A stretch of 64,000 nt of DNA, from positions 547 through 64,546 of the forward strand of contig WRAG01000006.1 in assembly GCA_009780345.1 (NCBI GenBank), read 5' to 3'. The notes beneath the pieces were generated by a model. It worked only from the letters and a program-made list of their open reading frames with translations. It was not told where the DNA came from and searched no databases. This stretch comes from Oscillospiraceae bacterium. Lineage in GTDB: Bacteria > Bacillota > Clostridia > Monoglobales > WRAG01. Made by a program: the position numbers and the translations under genes. Below, piece after piece: positions 1 through 9,500 of the stretch (the first letter of the stretch is position 1; each line of letters starts with the position of its first letter).

Positions 1-1703
1 GTTCCGGGCGCGTCGGTCATAAGCTCCGCCGCGGTTTGCACTTTCGGGAACGCGATAACGTCGCGGATACTCTCGCTGTTCGTCATAAGCATTACCAATC
101 TATCCAGTCCATACGCCATTCCGCCGTGGGGAGGAACGCCGTACTTGAACGCTTCCAACAAAAATCCGAATTTCTCGTTTGCTTCCTCTTTCGACAAGCC
201 AAGCACTTCGAACATCTTACTTTGCAGCTCGGAATTGAAAATTCGAATACTTCCGCCGCCGATTTCGCTTCCGTTCAGCACAATATCATACGCTTTCGCA
301 CGCGCATCTTGCGGCGCAGAATCAAGCAGGTCAATATCTTCGTCCATCGGCGATGTAAACGGGTGATGTTTCGCGACATACCGCTCGTTTTCCTCGTCAA
401 ATTCAAGCAACGGAAATTCCGTCACCCAAAGGAAATTATACTTAGATTTATCAATCAAATCGTACCTTTTCGCAACCTCGAGCCGCAGACTTCCAAGCGC
501 GTCGTACACAATCTCGTTTTTATCGGCGATAATTAGAATCGCGTCGCCCGCCGTCGCCTCGGTTTTCGCCAAAATTCCGGCAATTTCGTCCTCACTTAGG
601 AATTTCGTGATTTGCGAGCGCAGGTTGTCGTCTTCTTCGACAACAATCCATGCCATTCCTTTGGCGCGATAGGTTTTCACGTACTCTGTCAAGTCGTCCA
701 GCACTTTCCGTCCCATTTGCGAGCCAAACCCTTTCGCGACAATCGCGCGAACGCTTCCGCCGGCGTTAATCGCGCCGCTGAATACCTTGAATTCAGCGTT
801 TGCCAAAACGTCCGACAGATCAACAAACTCCATGCCGAATCGCGTGTCCGGCTTGTCCGAACCAAATCTGTCCATCGCCTCGCTGTACGGCAACCGCAAA
901 AACGGCGTCTGCACTTCGACGCCCAAAATCTCGCCGAATAGTAGTTTTAGATACTTCTCGTTCAATTCCATAACCGTGTCGATGTCGACGAACGACATTT
1001 CCAAGTCGATTTGGGTAAATTCCGGCTGCCTGTCCGCGCGCAAATCTTCGTCGCGGAAGCATTTTACGATTTGCATATACCGATCAAACCCCGATACCAT
1101 AAGCAGTTGCTTGTACAGTTGCGGCGACTGCGGCAGGGCGTAAAAATGCCCTTTATGTACGCGGCTTGGCACGATATAGTCCCGCGCGCCCTCCGGCGTT
1201 GACTTTATCAACATCGGCGTTTCGATTTCCAAAAATCCGTTTTGGTCGAAATAATCGCGGGTGAATTTCGCGACCTTATGCCGCATAATTATCTTCTCTT
1301 GCATATCCGGGCGGCGCAGGTCGAGATAGCGATATTTCAAGCGCAGCGCCTCGTTTGTATCAACGTTTTCCTCTATGTAAAACGGCGTAGTTTCCGCCTC
1401 CGACAAAATTTTCAACCCTGTTACGAACACCTCGATGGTTCCTGTTTTAATCTCGGCGTTGACATTGCTCCGCTCGCGCACTTCGCCCGTAATTTCAATA
1501 ACATACTCGGTTTTCAGCGTTTCGGCAAGCTCGAACACCACTTTATCCGACTGATCGTCGAACACGAGTTGAATAATCCCCGTTCTATCCCGCAATTGCG
1601 CGAAAATCAAGCCGCCCAATCTCCGATTCTTCGCAACCCAGCCGTTAAGCGTGACCACTCCGTCGTTTATCGTAACCTCGCCGCACATATGTGTTCTATT
1701 CAT
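1..1703 (-). CDS. aspS: Aspartate--tRNA ligase (3' end runs off window)
   Basis: Not in ORF track (truncated). Reverse strand reads MNRTHMCGE...; contains EGARDYIVPSR, ALPQSPQLYKQLLM, FRDEDLRADRQPEFTQID and PPHGG motifs; ATG overlaps hisS stop. Confidence 0.95.
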   Translation of the reverse strand, partial: MNRTHMCGEVTINDGVVTLNGWVAKNRRLGGLIFAQLRDRTGIIQLVFDDQSDKVVFELAETLKTEYVIEITGEVRERSNVNAEIKTGTIEVFVTGLKILSEAETTPFYIEENVDTNEALRLKYRYLDLRRPDMQEKIIMRHKVAKFTRDYFDQNGFLEIETPMLIKSTPEGARDYIVPSRVHKGHFYALPQSPQLYKQLLMVSGFDRYMQIVKCFRDEDLRADRQPEFTQIDLEMSFVDIDTVMELNEKYLKLLFGEILGVEVQTPFLRLPYSEAMDRFGSDKPDTRFGMEFVDLSDVLANAEFKVFSGAINAGGSVRAIVAKGFGSQMGRKVLDDLTEYVKTYRAKGMAWIVVEEDDNLRSQITKFLSEDEIAGILAKTEATAGDAILIIADKNEIVYDALGSLRLEVAKRYDLIDKSKYNFLWVTEFPLLEFDEENERYVAKHHPFTSPMDEDIDLLDSAPQDARAKAYDIVLNGSEIGGGSIRIFNSELQSKMFEVLGLSKEEANEKFGFLLEAFKYGVPPHGGMAYGLDRLVMLMTNSESIRDVIAFPKVQTAAELMTDAPG

Positions 1704-2976
1704 TGAAAAACGTCCCCCAATCGCTCGTATTAACTAACTCAGCTATTAATACATCTTCTTTTGTTTCACCAGTTTGCATATTTTTAAGATTAACTATGTG
1801 TTTCACCCTTTTATCTTCTCCCAATTCATCATCGCCCAAAACAACCGAATATTTCGCGCCGATTTTGTCGGCGTACTTCATTTGCGCCTTCACACTGCGG
1901 CCTAGTAGGTCGATTTGCACAGATTTGCCGCTTTGCCGCAAGGTATACGCCAACTTTTCCGCCGCTTGCAAAGCCACATCGCCGATGGTCGTAATAAACA
2001 AGTCACAACCGTTGGTTTCAGCTTCCTGCTGTTGTCCTAATATTCGAACAAGCCGCTCTAAGCCCATTGCGAAGCCGATTGCGGGCGTTTCACTTCCACC
2101 GAGGGTAGTGACCAATCCGTCATACCGCCCGCCACCGCACAGCGCGGATTGCGCGCCAAGCGCGTTGCTTGTCAACTCAAACACCGTTTTGGTGTAGTAA
2201 TCCAGCCCGCGCACGATGTTTGGGTCGATATTATAGGTTATGGACAAGTTATCAAGCCCACTTTTCACCGAAGAAAAGTGCGTTTCGCAACTCTCGCACA
2301 AGTGATCCGACACTTTCGGCGCGCCTTGCGCAATTTCGCCGCACACGGGCGATTTGCAGTCGATAATCCGCATAGGATTTTTCTCAAGCCGCCCCAAACA
2401 AGTTTCGCACAGCTTGTCCTTTCGCGCCTCGAAGTGCGCGCGCAATTTCTCGTTATAACTCGGGCGGCAATCGGGGCAGCCGATGCTGTTAATATTTAGT
2501 TCAACCCCGCTCACGCCAAGTCTTTCCAGCAAATTCACCGCCAGCGATATAACTTCAACGTCTACCGTCGCGCGCGCGGCGCCGAACACTTCTACGCCGA
2601 ATTGATGAAACTCGCGCAAGCGCCCCGCCTGCGGCTTCTCATAGCGATAGCAGGGAATGATATAGTACAATTTCGTCGGTTGCGGATTCGCGTAAAGCGA
2701 ATTCTCCAAAAACGCGCGAACAACCGACGCCGTTCCCTCGGGACGCAACGTCATACTGCGCTCGCCTTTGTCCAAAAAGGTGTACATCTCCTTTTGCACA
2801 ACATCGGTAGTGTCGCCGACGCCGCGCTCAAAAAGCTCGGTCGCCTCAAACGTAGGCGTGCGAATTTCGCCGTACCCGAAGTTTTCGCAAACTTCATGTA
2901 TGGTGTTCTCAATCTTGCGCCAAAGCGCCGAATCCTTTGGCAGTATATCTTCCGTCCCTCGTGGCTTATTAATCAA
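1696..2976 (-). CDS. hisS: Histidine--tRNA ligase
   Basis: KPRGTED, LRPEGTA, RYEKPQAGRLREFHQFG, VRGLDYY, GGGRYDGL; TTG start with AGGAG RBS. Confidence 0.97.
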   Translation of the reverse strand: MINKPRGTEDILPKDSALWRKIENTIHEVCENFGYGEIRTPTFEATELFERGVGDTTDVVQKEMYTFLDKGERSMTLRPEGTASVVRAFLENSLYANPQPTKLYYIIPCYRYEKPQAGRLREFHQFGVEVFGAARATVDVEVISLAVNLLERLGVSGVELNINSIGCPDCRPSYNEKLRAHFEARKDKLCETCLGRLEKNPMRIIDCKSPVCGEIAQGAPKVSDHLCESCETHFSSVKSGLDNLSITYNIDPNIVRGLDYYTKTVFELTSNALGAQSALCGGGRYDGLVTTLGGSETPAIGFAMGLERLVRILGQQQEAETNGCDLFITTIGDVALQAAEKLAYTLRQSGKSVQIDLLGRSVKAQMKYADKIGAKYSVVLGDDELGEDKRVKHIVNLKNMQTGETKEDVLIAELVNTSDWGTFFNE

Positions 2977-2999
2977 ATTGCATATCTCCTTTTAAATTG

Positions 3000-3030
3000 G
3001 ATTTTCACGATATTTTGTATCGTGAAAATC
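3000..3030. terminator. Hairpin between FAH gene and hisS
   Basis: gattttcacgata-ttttg-tatcgtgaaaatc, 13-bp perfect stem. Confidence 0.5.
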
Positions 3031-3038
3031 TCACAATC

Positions 3039-3073
3039 ATTGTCAATTGTCAATTGTCAATTATCCATTGTCA
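3039..3073. repeat. Tandem heptamer (ATTGTCA)x5
   Basis: attgtca attgtca attgtca attatcc attgtca, overlapping the FAH stop codon. Confidence 0.85.
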
Positions 3074-3821
3074 ATTGGTTCCTCAACGTTCCGATTCCCT
3101 CGATATAAATCTCAATAACATCGCCGACTTTCATCTCGCCAATACCGGACGGAGTGCCCGTCGCGATTACGTCGCCCGGTTCAAGCGTCATGATTTTCGA
3201 CGCCGCGCTTACCAAAAATTCGATTTTATGTATTAACTGCGCAGTTGTGCTATCTTGCCTCACTTCGCCGTTTAATATTGCGCGAATTGCCGTATTGCTC
3301 GGATCAAACTCGTCCGAAATGATCGGCCCGATTGGGCAGAACGTGTCAAACGACTTCGCGCGCGCCCACTGTCCGTCAATTTTCTGCAAATCCCGCGCGG
3401 TTACGTCGTTTAGGCAAGTATATCCTAAAATATAATCCCGCGCGTCCGATTCCTCGATATTCTTCGCACTCTTGCCGATTACAACGGCAAGCTCCGCCTC
3501 GTAATCAACCTGCGACGAATAATGCCGCGGATAAACGATATTATCGCCAGGGCCGATAACGCTTGTTTGCGCTTTTAGAAAGAACACGGGAAATTCCGTC
3601 GTTTTCATGCCTAACTCCACCGCGTGATCGGCATAGTTAAGCCCCACCGCGATAACTTTACTCGGAACGCACGGCGCAAGCAGCTTCGCGTCGTCAAGCG
3701 GAATGAAGATATCGGTTTTCGTGTGCGCCGCAAATATATCGCCGTCGATTAAGTTGATTTTATCGCCGTCGATATAGCCGTATGTCGGCTTGCCGCCGTA
3801 ATCAATCCTCGCGATTTTCAT
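3057..3821 (-). CDS. Fumarylacetoacetate hydrolase family protein
   Basis: VGLNYADH, VDYEAELAVVIG, NDVTARDLQ, AKSFDTFCPIGP, GDVIATGTPSG. Confidence 0.93.
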   Translation of the reverse strand: MKIARIDYGGKPTYGYIDGDKINLIDGDIFAAHTKTDIFIPLDDAKLLAPCVPSKVIAVGLNYADHAVELGMKTTEFPVFFLKAQTSVIGPGDNIVYPRHYSSQVDYEAELAVVIGKSAKNIEESDARDYILGYTCLNDVTARDLQKIDGQWARAKSFDTFCPIGPIISDEFDPSNTAIRAILNGEVRQDSTTAQLIHKIEFLVSAASKIMTLEPGDVIATGTPSGIGEMKVGDVIEIYIEGIGTLRNQLTMDN

Positions 3822-3928
3822 TTTTTTGCTCCTTCAGTCGCAAAAACGCAGTCCGTCATTAGAGTCCGCCGAGCCGGCGACCGGGACGTTTCCCGGACCC
3901 TCATTAAACAGAAATCCGTTTTGCGGAT

Positions 3929-4537
3929 TTAATGCGTTTCCATTGCCTCCGTGTAAATCTCGTCGATAAACGATTGAAGTTCTTCCTTACCTGTCCGCTT
4001 TTCGGCGGAAAAAGGAATCAAAATCGAATCGCCGTCCAATTTCAGCGTATCGCGTATCAGCGCAAGCTGACCCTCCACCTGCGCTTTCTTGATTTTATCA
4101 AGTTTGGTCGCAATCACGACGGGAACATATCCGCAATGCCGCACCCAATCCATCATTGCGCAATCGTCCACCGACGGCTTGTGCCGAATGTCCACCAATT
4201 GGAAAATTCGAAGCAAATTTTCGCGTTTCGCGAGATATTCCTCAATCATTTTGCCCCATTTTTCCTTTTCAACTTTGGAAACCTTGGCGTAACCGTATCC
4301 CGGCAAGTCCACAAAATTCAACTTATCGTCGATGTTGTAGAAATTCACGGTTGCGGTTTTCCCCGGCGTTCCGGAAGTTCGCGCAAGGTTTTTACGGCTC
4401 AGCAAACAGTTGATAAGCGAAGATTTCCCAACGTTCGACCGCCCGACAAACGCAATCTCGGGCACATCGGTTTTTGGATAATCTCTCTCTTTCGTAACGG
4501 TTGTAATAATCTCTGCTTTTAAAAAATTAATATTCAT
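3929..4537 (-). CDS. engB: Ribosome biogenesis GTP-binding protein YsxC/YihA
   Basis: GRSNVGKSSLIN, DLPGYGY, TKLDK. Confidence 0.96.
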   Translation of the reverse strand: MNINFLKAEIITTVTKERDYPKTDVPEIAFVGRSNVGKSSLINCLLSRKNLARTSGTPGKTATVNFYNIDDKLNFVDLPGYGYAKVSKVEKEKWGKMIEEYLAKRENLLRIFQLVDIRHKPSVDDCAMMDWVRHCGYVPVVIATKLDKIKKAQVEGQLALIRDTLKLDGDSILIPFSAEKRTGKEELQSFIDEIYTEAMETH

Positions 4538-4543
4538 TTGGAT

Positions 4544-4572
4544 ATTATACCTTACAGAATATACAATGTCAA
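4544..4572 (-). promoter_or_regulatory. sigma-A promoter of engB (likely leaderless)
   Basis: TTGACA-17-TATAAT-atccaa-ATG, no SD. Confidence 0.75.
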
Positions 4573-4620
4573 TAATTTATCCTAATTTGTTCCCCCTATG
4601 AGGGGGACGCAGGGGGTGGA

Positions 4621-4744
4621 TAGGGCTCCCGAAAAATGAGAGCCATTGCTCGATTTTTTTGGGAAAGAGGCGCAACCGCCCATAATGTGAGCTTTTGTCG
4701 CGTTTTCTGCGACAAAATGAGCAAAAAGGGCGAGTTGCGACGAC
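4621..4744 (+). repeat. Intergenic repeat family A, copy 1
   Basis: tagggctcccgaaaaatg...tttttggga...cgcccataa...agggcgagttgcgacg; homologous to the reverse complement of 51549..51671. Confidence 0.85.
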
Positions 4745-4746
4745 TA

Positions 4747-6414
4747 TCAATAATTTATCAATATTTCGTGATTGTCACGCTTATTTTGGCTTGCCGCAAC
4801 CTTTTCGGCAACTCCGAAAACCATTCGCATAACTTCCGCAATGTCGGTTACCGCAACAACATCCACGCCCATATTTTCATATCTCTGCTGCCAATTATCT
4901 TGTGGAATAATCACGCGCCGCGCCCCGGCAAGTACTGCCGCGTCTATCTTTTCGCTTACGCCGCCAACGGCGCATATTTTGCCTTTAATCGAAATCTCGC
5001 CCGTCATCGCAAGATAATTATCTACCGGAATCTTCGTAATCGCCGAATAAACGGCGCACAAAATCGCGATTCCCGCCGACGGCCCGTCAACCGGCGCGGA
5101 ATTCGGGAAATTTATGTGGATATTATAATCTTTCGGATTTATGCCGTACCGTTTTTGCAAAATCGTCAGCATATTATAAATGGACGACCGCACGAAGCTT
5201 TGTCCTTTCAGCTTCTGTCCACGGGCTGCAAGTTCTTGCTCGTCCACGATTCCCGTAACCGTCAAAGTGCCGCGTGTCGGAATCGTTTTCTCCGCCACCG
5301 CCTCGATATTCAGCACGGTTCCGACGCTTCCCGTCACCGCCAAGCCGTTCACAACGCCGAAATTTTTGCCGTCGTTCAGCTTTGGTGCAAGCCGCGGCGA
5401 ATGTTTGCCAGCCTTGAGTACGAACTCGATATCTTCGGCGCGTATTATGCTCGGCATACCGCTCGTCGCCGCCACACTTGCGGAAGTTTGCACAATATTA
5501 ACCGCGTCCCGCCCGTTATGCGAATACTTCGCGACCAACGCGGCGTCCGTGTCGCTAATCACAAATCCGCCTTGGCGCGCGGCGTTTTTGGCAATCGTTT
5601 GGATTTCTGCCGTATGAAGGTTTCGGAAAAATATCTCAACACACCGTGAACGAAGCGCCGGCGGAATATCTTCGGGGTTTTTCGTCGTTGCGCCAACAAG
5701 ACGAAAGTCGGCGGGCATCCCTTTTTGAAAAACATGATGAATATGCGGCGGGATACTCCGATCGCCGCCGGCGTAATACGCGCTTTCGAATGTCACTTTG
5801 CGATCTTCCAACACTTTGAGCAGCTTATTCATTTGCGTCGGATGAAGCTCGCCGATTTCGTCGATAAAAAGCACGCCGCCATGGGCTTTGGTAACCATTC
5901 CCGGCTTGGGTTGCGGAACGCCCGCGCTGCCATACGCGCCCGCTCCCTGATAAATCGGATCGTGAACCGAACCGATCAGCGGATCGGCGATTGATCGCTC
6001 GTCAAACCGCATAATTGTCGCGTCCGCCTCGATAAACTTCGCGTCACTTTTAAATGGCGATTGCGCCGCCTTTTTGGCTTCTTCAAGTACTACGCGCGCC
6101 GCGGCGGTTTTGCCGACTCCCGGCGGGCCGTAAATCAGCACGTGCTGCGGATTCGGTCCGCAAAGCGCGGCGGTAAGCGCCTTTAAACCGTCCTCCTGCC
6201 CGATAATATCCGAAAATTCAGTCGGGCGCGTCTTCTCTGAAAGCGGAGCGGTCAACTTAATCTCATTCAGCCGTTTAAGCTTGTCAAGTTCCCGCTTACT
6301 GTCACTTTCAATTGAATTTCTCGCCTGGTTTTTGTTGCGAAGCTGACCGAAAAAATAAAGACCGACAATCACCGAAACCCCGAATTGCGCAAACATTAAA
6401 ACAGTCATAACCAT
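4747..6414 (-). CDS. lonB: Sporulation ATP-dependent protease LonB
   Basis: N-terminal TM, ALCGPNPQHVLIYGPPGVGKT, HDPIYQGAG, Lon protease DGPSAG motif; start placed at the ATG after AGGAG. Confidence 0.9.
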   Translation of the reverse strand: MVMTVLMFAQFGVSVIVGLYFFGQLRNKNQARNSIESDSKRELDKLKRLNEIKLTAPLSEKTRPTEFSDIIGQEDGLKALTAALCGPNPQHVLIYGPPGVGKTAAARVVLEEAKKAAQSPFKSDAKFIEADATIMRFDERSIADPLIGSVHDPIYQGAGAYGSAGVPQPKPGMVTKAHGGVLFIDEIGELHPTQMNKLLKVLEDRKVTFESAYYAGGDRSIPPHIHHVFQKGMPADFRLVGATTKNPEDIPPALRSRCVEIFFRNLHTAEIQTIAKNAARQGGFVISDTDAALVAKYSHNGRDAVNIVQTSASVAATSGMPSIIRAEDIEFVLKAGKHSPRLAPKLNDGKNFGVVNGLAVTGSVGTVLNIEAVAEKTIPTRGTLTVTGIVDEQELAARGQKLKGQSFVRSSIYNMLTILQKRYGINPKDYNIHINFPNSAPVDGPSAGIAILCAVYSAITKIPVDNYLAMTGEISIKGKICAVGGVSEKIDAAVLAGARRVIIPQDNWQQRYENMGVDVVAVTDIAEVMRMVFGVAEKVAASQNKRDNHEILINY

Positions 6415-6457
6415 ATCGCCGCACACGCTCCTATCAATGTAATATTTTCCACAACGA

Positions 6458-6487
6458 TAGTTTTGCCAAAAAAAATAAACCGCAAAC
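6458..6487 (-). promoter_or_regulatory. Putative sigma-F promoter of lonB
   Basis: GTTTG-15-GGCAAAACTA resembles the sigma-F consensus; lonB is sigma-F-controlled in B. subtilis. Confidence 0.5.
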
Positions 6488-6512
6488 GCGGTTTATTTTC
6501 TATTTGTAAGCA

Positions 6513-7238
6513 TTACGTTTCCTCTTTCGCAATCGTCTCAACGCAATAGCCTTTGTGCCCACACTCTGTGCAGGTAAGCCATCTTGCTTTCGTCGTTCCG
6601 CTTGTTCGCATAAGTTTGCTAAACGGCGGTTTAAACACAGCGTTGCACTCGGGACAAATAAACGCCGCGTCTTTGAAGTAATGTTTCGCCAACAATATGC
6701 CAAGCAGCGTTTGAATCGGAAACCACACCACAAACGGAATCCACATTCCCTTGACAATCCACAAAGCAATAAAAGCAAATTGCGGAATGGATAGAAAACA
6801 CGCGGTAACGACCAACTTCCTAAACTTCTTACGTACTTTTTTATTATTTTCCATGATGACACCTATGTCGCTGATTGAATTAACCGGAATGGCTTCCCTG
6901 TCGCCGATACTTTCCTTGATAAGTTTAATCGCTTCAACCTGCTCTTGCTTTTCCTTGATTTCACCGTCAAGTTGCTTTGTGTGTTCGTCAAGCAGCAAGT
7001 TCAAAACTTTCGCCGGTTTTTCGCTTTTTAAAATCCCTTGAATCGAATCAAGCGTAAGCCCCAACGTTCTCAGCATACAGATTAAACGCATTTGAACCAG
7101 ATCATCGTCGGTGTACAGCCGTCTGCCGCCCTCGGTCAGTTCGCTCGGGTGCAAAATTCCTTTTGTATCGTAAAATTGCACGGTTCTGACCGACACGTTA
7201 CACATTTTCGCCATTTCTCCGGTCGTATATTTTGACAT
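6513..7238 (-). CDS. MerR family regulator with C-terminal TM segments and zinc ribbon
   Basis: YTTGEMAKMCNVSVRTVQFYD...GGRRLY; CPEC...CTEC. Confidence 0.9.
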   Translation of the reverse strand: MSKYTTGEMAKMCNVSVRTVQFYDTKGILHPSELTEGGRRLYTDDDLVQMRLICMLRTLGLTLDSIQGILKSEKPAKVLNLLLDEHTKQLDGEIKEKQEQVEAIKLIKESIGDREAIPVNSISDIGVIMENNKKVRKKFRKLVVTACFLSIPQFAFIALWIVKGMWIPFVVWFPIQTLLGILLAKHYFKDAAFICPECNAVFKPPFSKLMRTSGTTKARWLTCTECGHKGYCVETIAKEET

Positions 7239-7261
7239 AGATTTTCACCTCCTCGTAATGC

Positions 7262-7292
7262 ACTTTACAGCATTACCTTACGTCGCAAGCAA
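7262..7292 (-). promoter_or_regulatory. MerR-type promoter with 19-bp spacer
   Basis: TTGCTT-19-TAAAGT upstream of the merR-family gene. Confidence 0.45.
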
Positions 7293-7409
7293 TAGGTTAC
7301 GTTAGGGGATTTTTCGAAAGTTGTCAAAATCTTTGATTTTGTTAACAACTTTCATGAAGATTTTGTGGGTTTCAAAATCTTTATTCCCGTTTTTTTTTAT
7401 TCGCAATTT

Positions 7410-8777
7410 TTACGAACCTCTCGCGCACTCCACATATAATGCGCACTCAACTCGCTTCTTCTGCAACTCACAACTCACCTTGTGCGGCACATTGACGTCG
7501 CCGTTGTAAATCCCCGCGTTCGCGACACAGCCGCCGCCGCAGTAAAACTTCGCGAAACAATCGGAGCAAACATCTTTGGTGTAAACATTGCAACCATTGA
7601 GTTTCGTGCGGATTTCTTCGTTTTGAATCCCATTTTCAATGTCGCCGATTTTGTACTCGATCATACCGACGAACTGATGGCACGGATAAATATCGCCCTC
7701 CGGCGTAACCGCGACGTACTCACAGCCCGCGCCGCAGCCCGACAAACGTTTAATCACGCACGGTCCCTGCTCCAAGTCGATCATAAAATGGAAAAATCGG
7801 AACTCATCGTCCTTTTCCCGCATACGCCGCGCGTATTCCGCCGCCAATCGCTCGTATTCATCAAACAGCCGGGGTAAATGCTCCTCTCGAAGCGCGTACT
7901 CTTTATCGTCCGCAGCGACGGCAGGCTCCACCGATGTTTGCACAAATCCCAAGTCGGCAAGGTGCAAAACATCGGCGGCGAAATCCAAATTATATGCGGT
8001 GTAAGTCCCGCGAACGTAATAGTTGTCTTGATTTCGGCTCTCCGCCATGGTGAGCAGCTTCTTCAAAACCAAATCATACGAGCCTCCGCCGCCCGCGGTC
8101 TTGCGAACTCGGTCGTTTACATCTTTCCGCCCGTCTAAACTTAGCACCACATTGTGCATATTTTCGTTGATATACTTCATATTTTCGTCGTTTAACAAAA
8201 CGCCGTTTGTCGTAATCGTAAACCGAAAATTTTTATCAAATTTCTTCTCAAGCGCGCGCGCGTATTCCACCGTTTTCTTGACAACGCCGAAATTCATAAG
8301 CGGCTCGCCGCCGAAGAAATCGATTTCCAAATTTCGACGGTTCGCCGAATTTGCAACCAGAAAATCCACCGCTCCAAGCGCGATTTCCTCGCTCATAAGG
8401 GCGCGCGAACCCTGATATGCGCCGTCGTCGGCGAAACAATACTTACACCGCAAGTTGCAGTCGTGCGCAACGTGCAAACACATCGCCTTTACCGGCGGCA
8501 GTTCGCCGTCACTCGGCAATATCATTTCCTTGTAAGTATCCTCCGAAAACAACTGCCCCGCACGGGAAAGCGCCAAAATTTCGGTATAAACTTCTCGAAT
8601 TTCATCTGCCGAATATTCGGCGGATAGTTTTTGCAAAATATCGTCACTCAATTCCTCCGCAAGCGGCGGCGTTAAAGCGTTCATAACATCAAAAGCAAGC
8701 TTGTCCACATCGTGGACACAGCCGCTGTAAACATCCAACACAATATATTTCCCGTTCATTTCGAATGAATGTACCAT
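7410..8777 (-). CDS. scfB: SCIFF (ranthipeptide) radical SAM/SPASM maturase
   Basis: CNLRCKYC, DFFGGEPL, SPASM cysteines (GCGAG..YPCHQF..CSDCFAKFYCGGGC); start MVHSF after AGGAG. Confidence 0.94.
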   Translation of the reverse strand: MVHSFEMNGKYIVLDVYSGCVHDVDKLAFDVMNALTPPLAEELSDDILQKLSAEYSADEIREVYTEILALSRAGQLFSEDTYKEMILPSDGELPPVKAMCLHVAHDCNLRCKYCFADDGAYQGSRALMSEEIALGAVDFLVANSANRRNLEIDFFGGEPLMNFGVVKKTVEYARALEKKFDKNFRFTITTNGVLLNDENMKYINENMHNVVLSLDGRKDVNDRVRKTAGGGGSYDLVLKKLLTMAESRNQDNYYVRGTYTAYNLDFAADVLHLADLGFVQTSVEPAVAADDKEYALREEHLPRLFDEYERLAAEYARRMREKDDEFRFFHFMIDLEQGPCVIKRLSGCGAGCEYVAVTPEGDIYPCHQFVGMIEYKIGDIENGIQNEEIRTKLNGCNVYTKDVCSDCFAKFYCGGGCVANAGIYNGDVNVPHKVSCELQKKRVECALYVECARGS

Positions 8778-8828
8778 TTTCGTCGCTCCTAACAAAATGG
8801 GTTGCACTAAGTGCAACCCATTGATTTC

Positions 8829-8984
8829 CTACTTAGATTCTTTTTGTACTCGCTCGCAGCCTTGATTTCCTACTGTGCAAGAAGTTTTGCAAGCCGATTG
8901 ACAAGACGTTTGACACTCGCCGCAACCGCCCTCGCTTGCACTTTCTTTCAAAACTGCTGAGTTCAATGTTTTAATGTGTCCCAT
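8829..8984 (-). CDS. scfA: SCIFF six-cysteine precursor peptide (51 aa, below ORF-track cutoff)
   Basis: MGHIKTLNSAVLKESASEGGCGECQTSCQSACKTSCTVGNQGCERVQKESK; GAGGA RBS. Confidence 0.96.
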   Translation of the reverse strand: MGHIKTLNSAVLKESASEGGCGECQTSCQSACKTSCTVGNQGCERVQKESK

Positions 8985-9014
8985 AATAATTCCTCCTATG
9001 TAAAATTAAAAATG

Positions 9015-9443
9015 TTATCGTCTCTTGCGTTTTTTTGTATTTATTCCCACAATTCCGCCTAGCGCGCCCAAGAAAAATCCCATAACGCCAACAATCAAAG
9101 TATACAGCGTAATCGAAAAATCAAGCATGATCAAACTTCCGAATATATACAAGAATAACGCGTATAAAAGCCCGCAAGTCGCGCCGCTAAGCCAACCTTG
9201 CCGTCTTGATTTGCGCGCCGTAACAAGTCCCGCGAAAAGCACGCTAATCCCTGAAACCGCGATTGTTACCGCCCTTGTCATTTCATCGGGAATGGGCGAA
9301 TAAGTCATAATCACCGCACTTATAAGTATCAGCACAATGGATATAACAAACGCAAGCGCGACTCCTTTAAGAATTTGCTTAAACTCGAACGCGCCGCTGT
9401 CCGAAACCATGTCGCGCGGTGAACTAAGTTCAAATCTTGCCAT
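9015..9443 (-). CDS. TIGR04086-type membrane protein
   Basis: Four hydrophobic helices, GWLSG motif, LGGIVGIN end; usual neighbour of SCIFF/yajC. Confidence 0.75.
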   Translation of the reverse strand: MARFELSSPRDMVSDSGAFEFKQILKGVALAFVISIVLILISAVIMTYSPIPDEMTRAVTIAVSGISVLFAGLVTARKSRRQGWLSGATCGLLYALFLYIFGSLIMLDFSITLYTLIVGVMGFFLGALGGIVGINTKKRKRR

Positions 9444-9500
9444 ATGTAAACCACCTTTCATGTTCTATATCTATGAAAAGTGATTTTTAATTATGACAAA

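Noticed and set aside
2977-3056. T-box riboswitch ahead of hisS-aspS
   Set aside because: Only ~80 bp of intergenic space and no T-box consensus.
36-5649. Long plus-strand ORFs (e.g. 36..536, 4636..5649) and similar shadows elsewhere
   Set aside because: Antisense to well-supported genes (aspS, hisS, engB, lonB) with no recognisable motifs.
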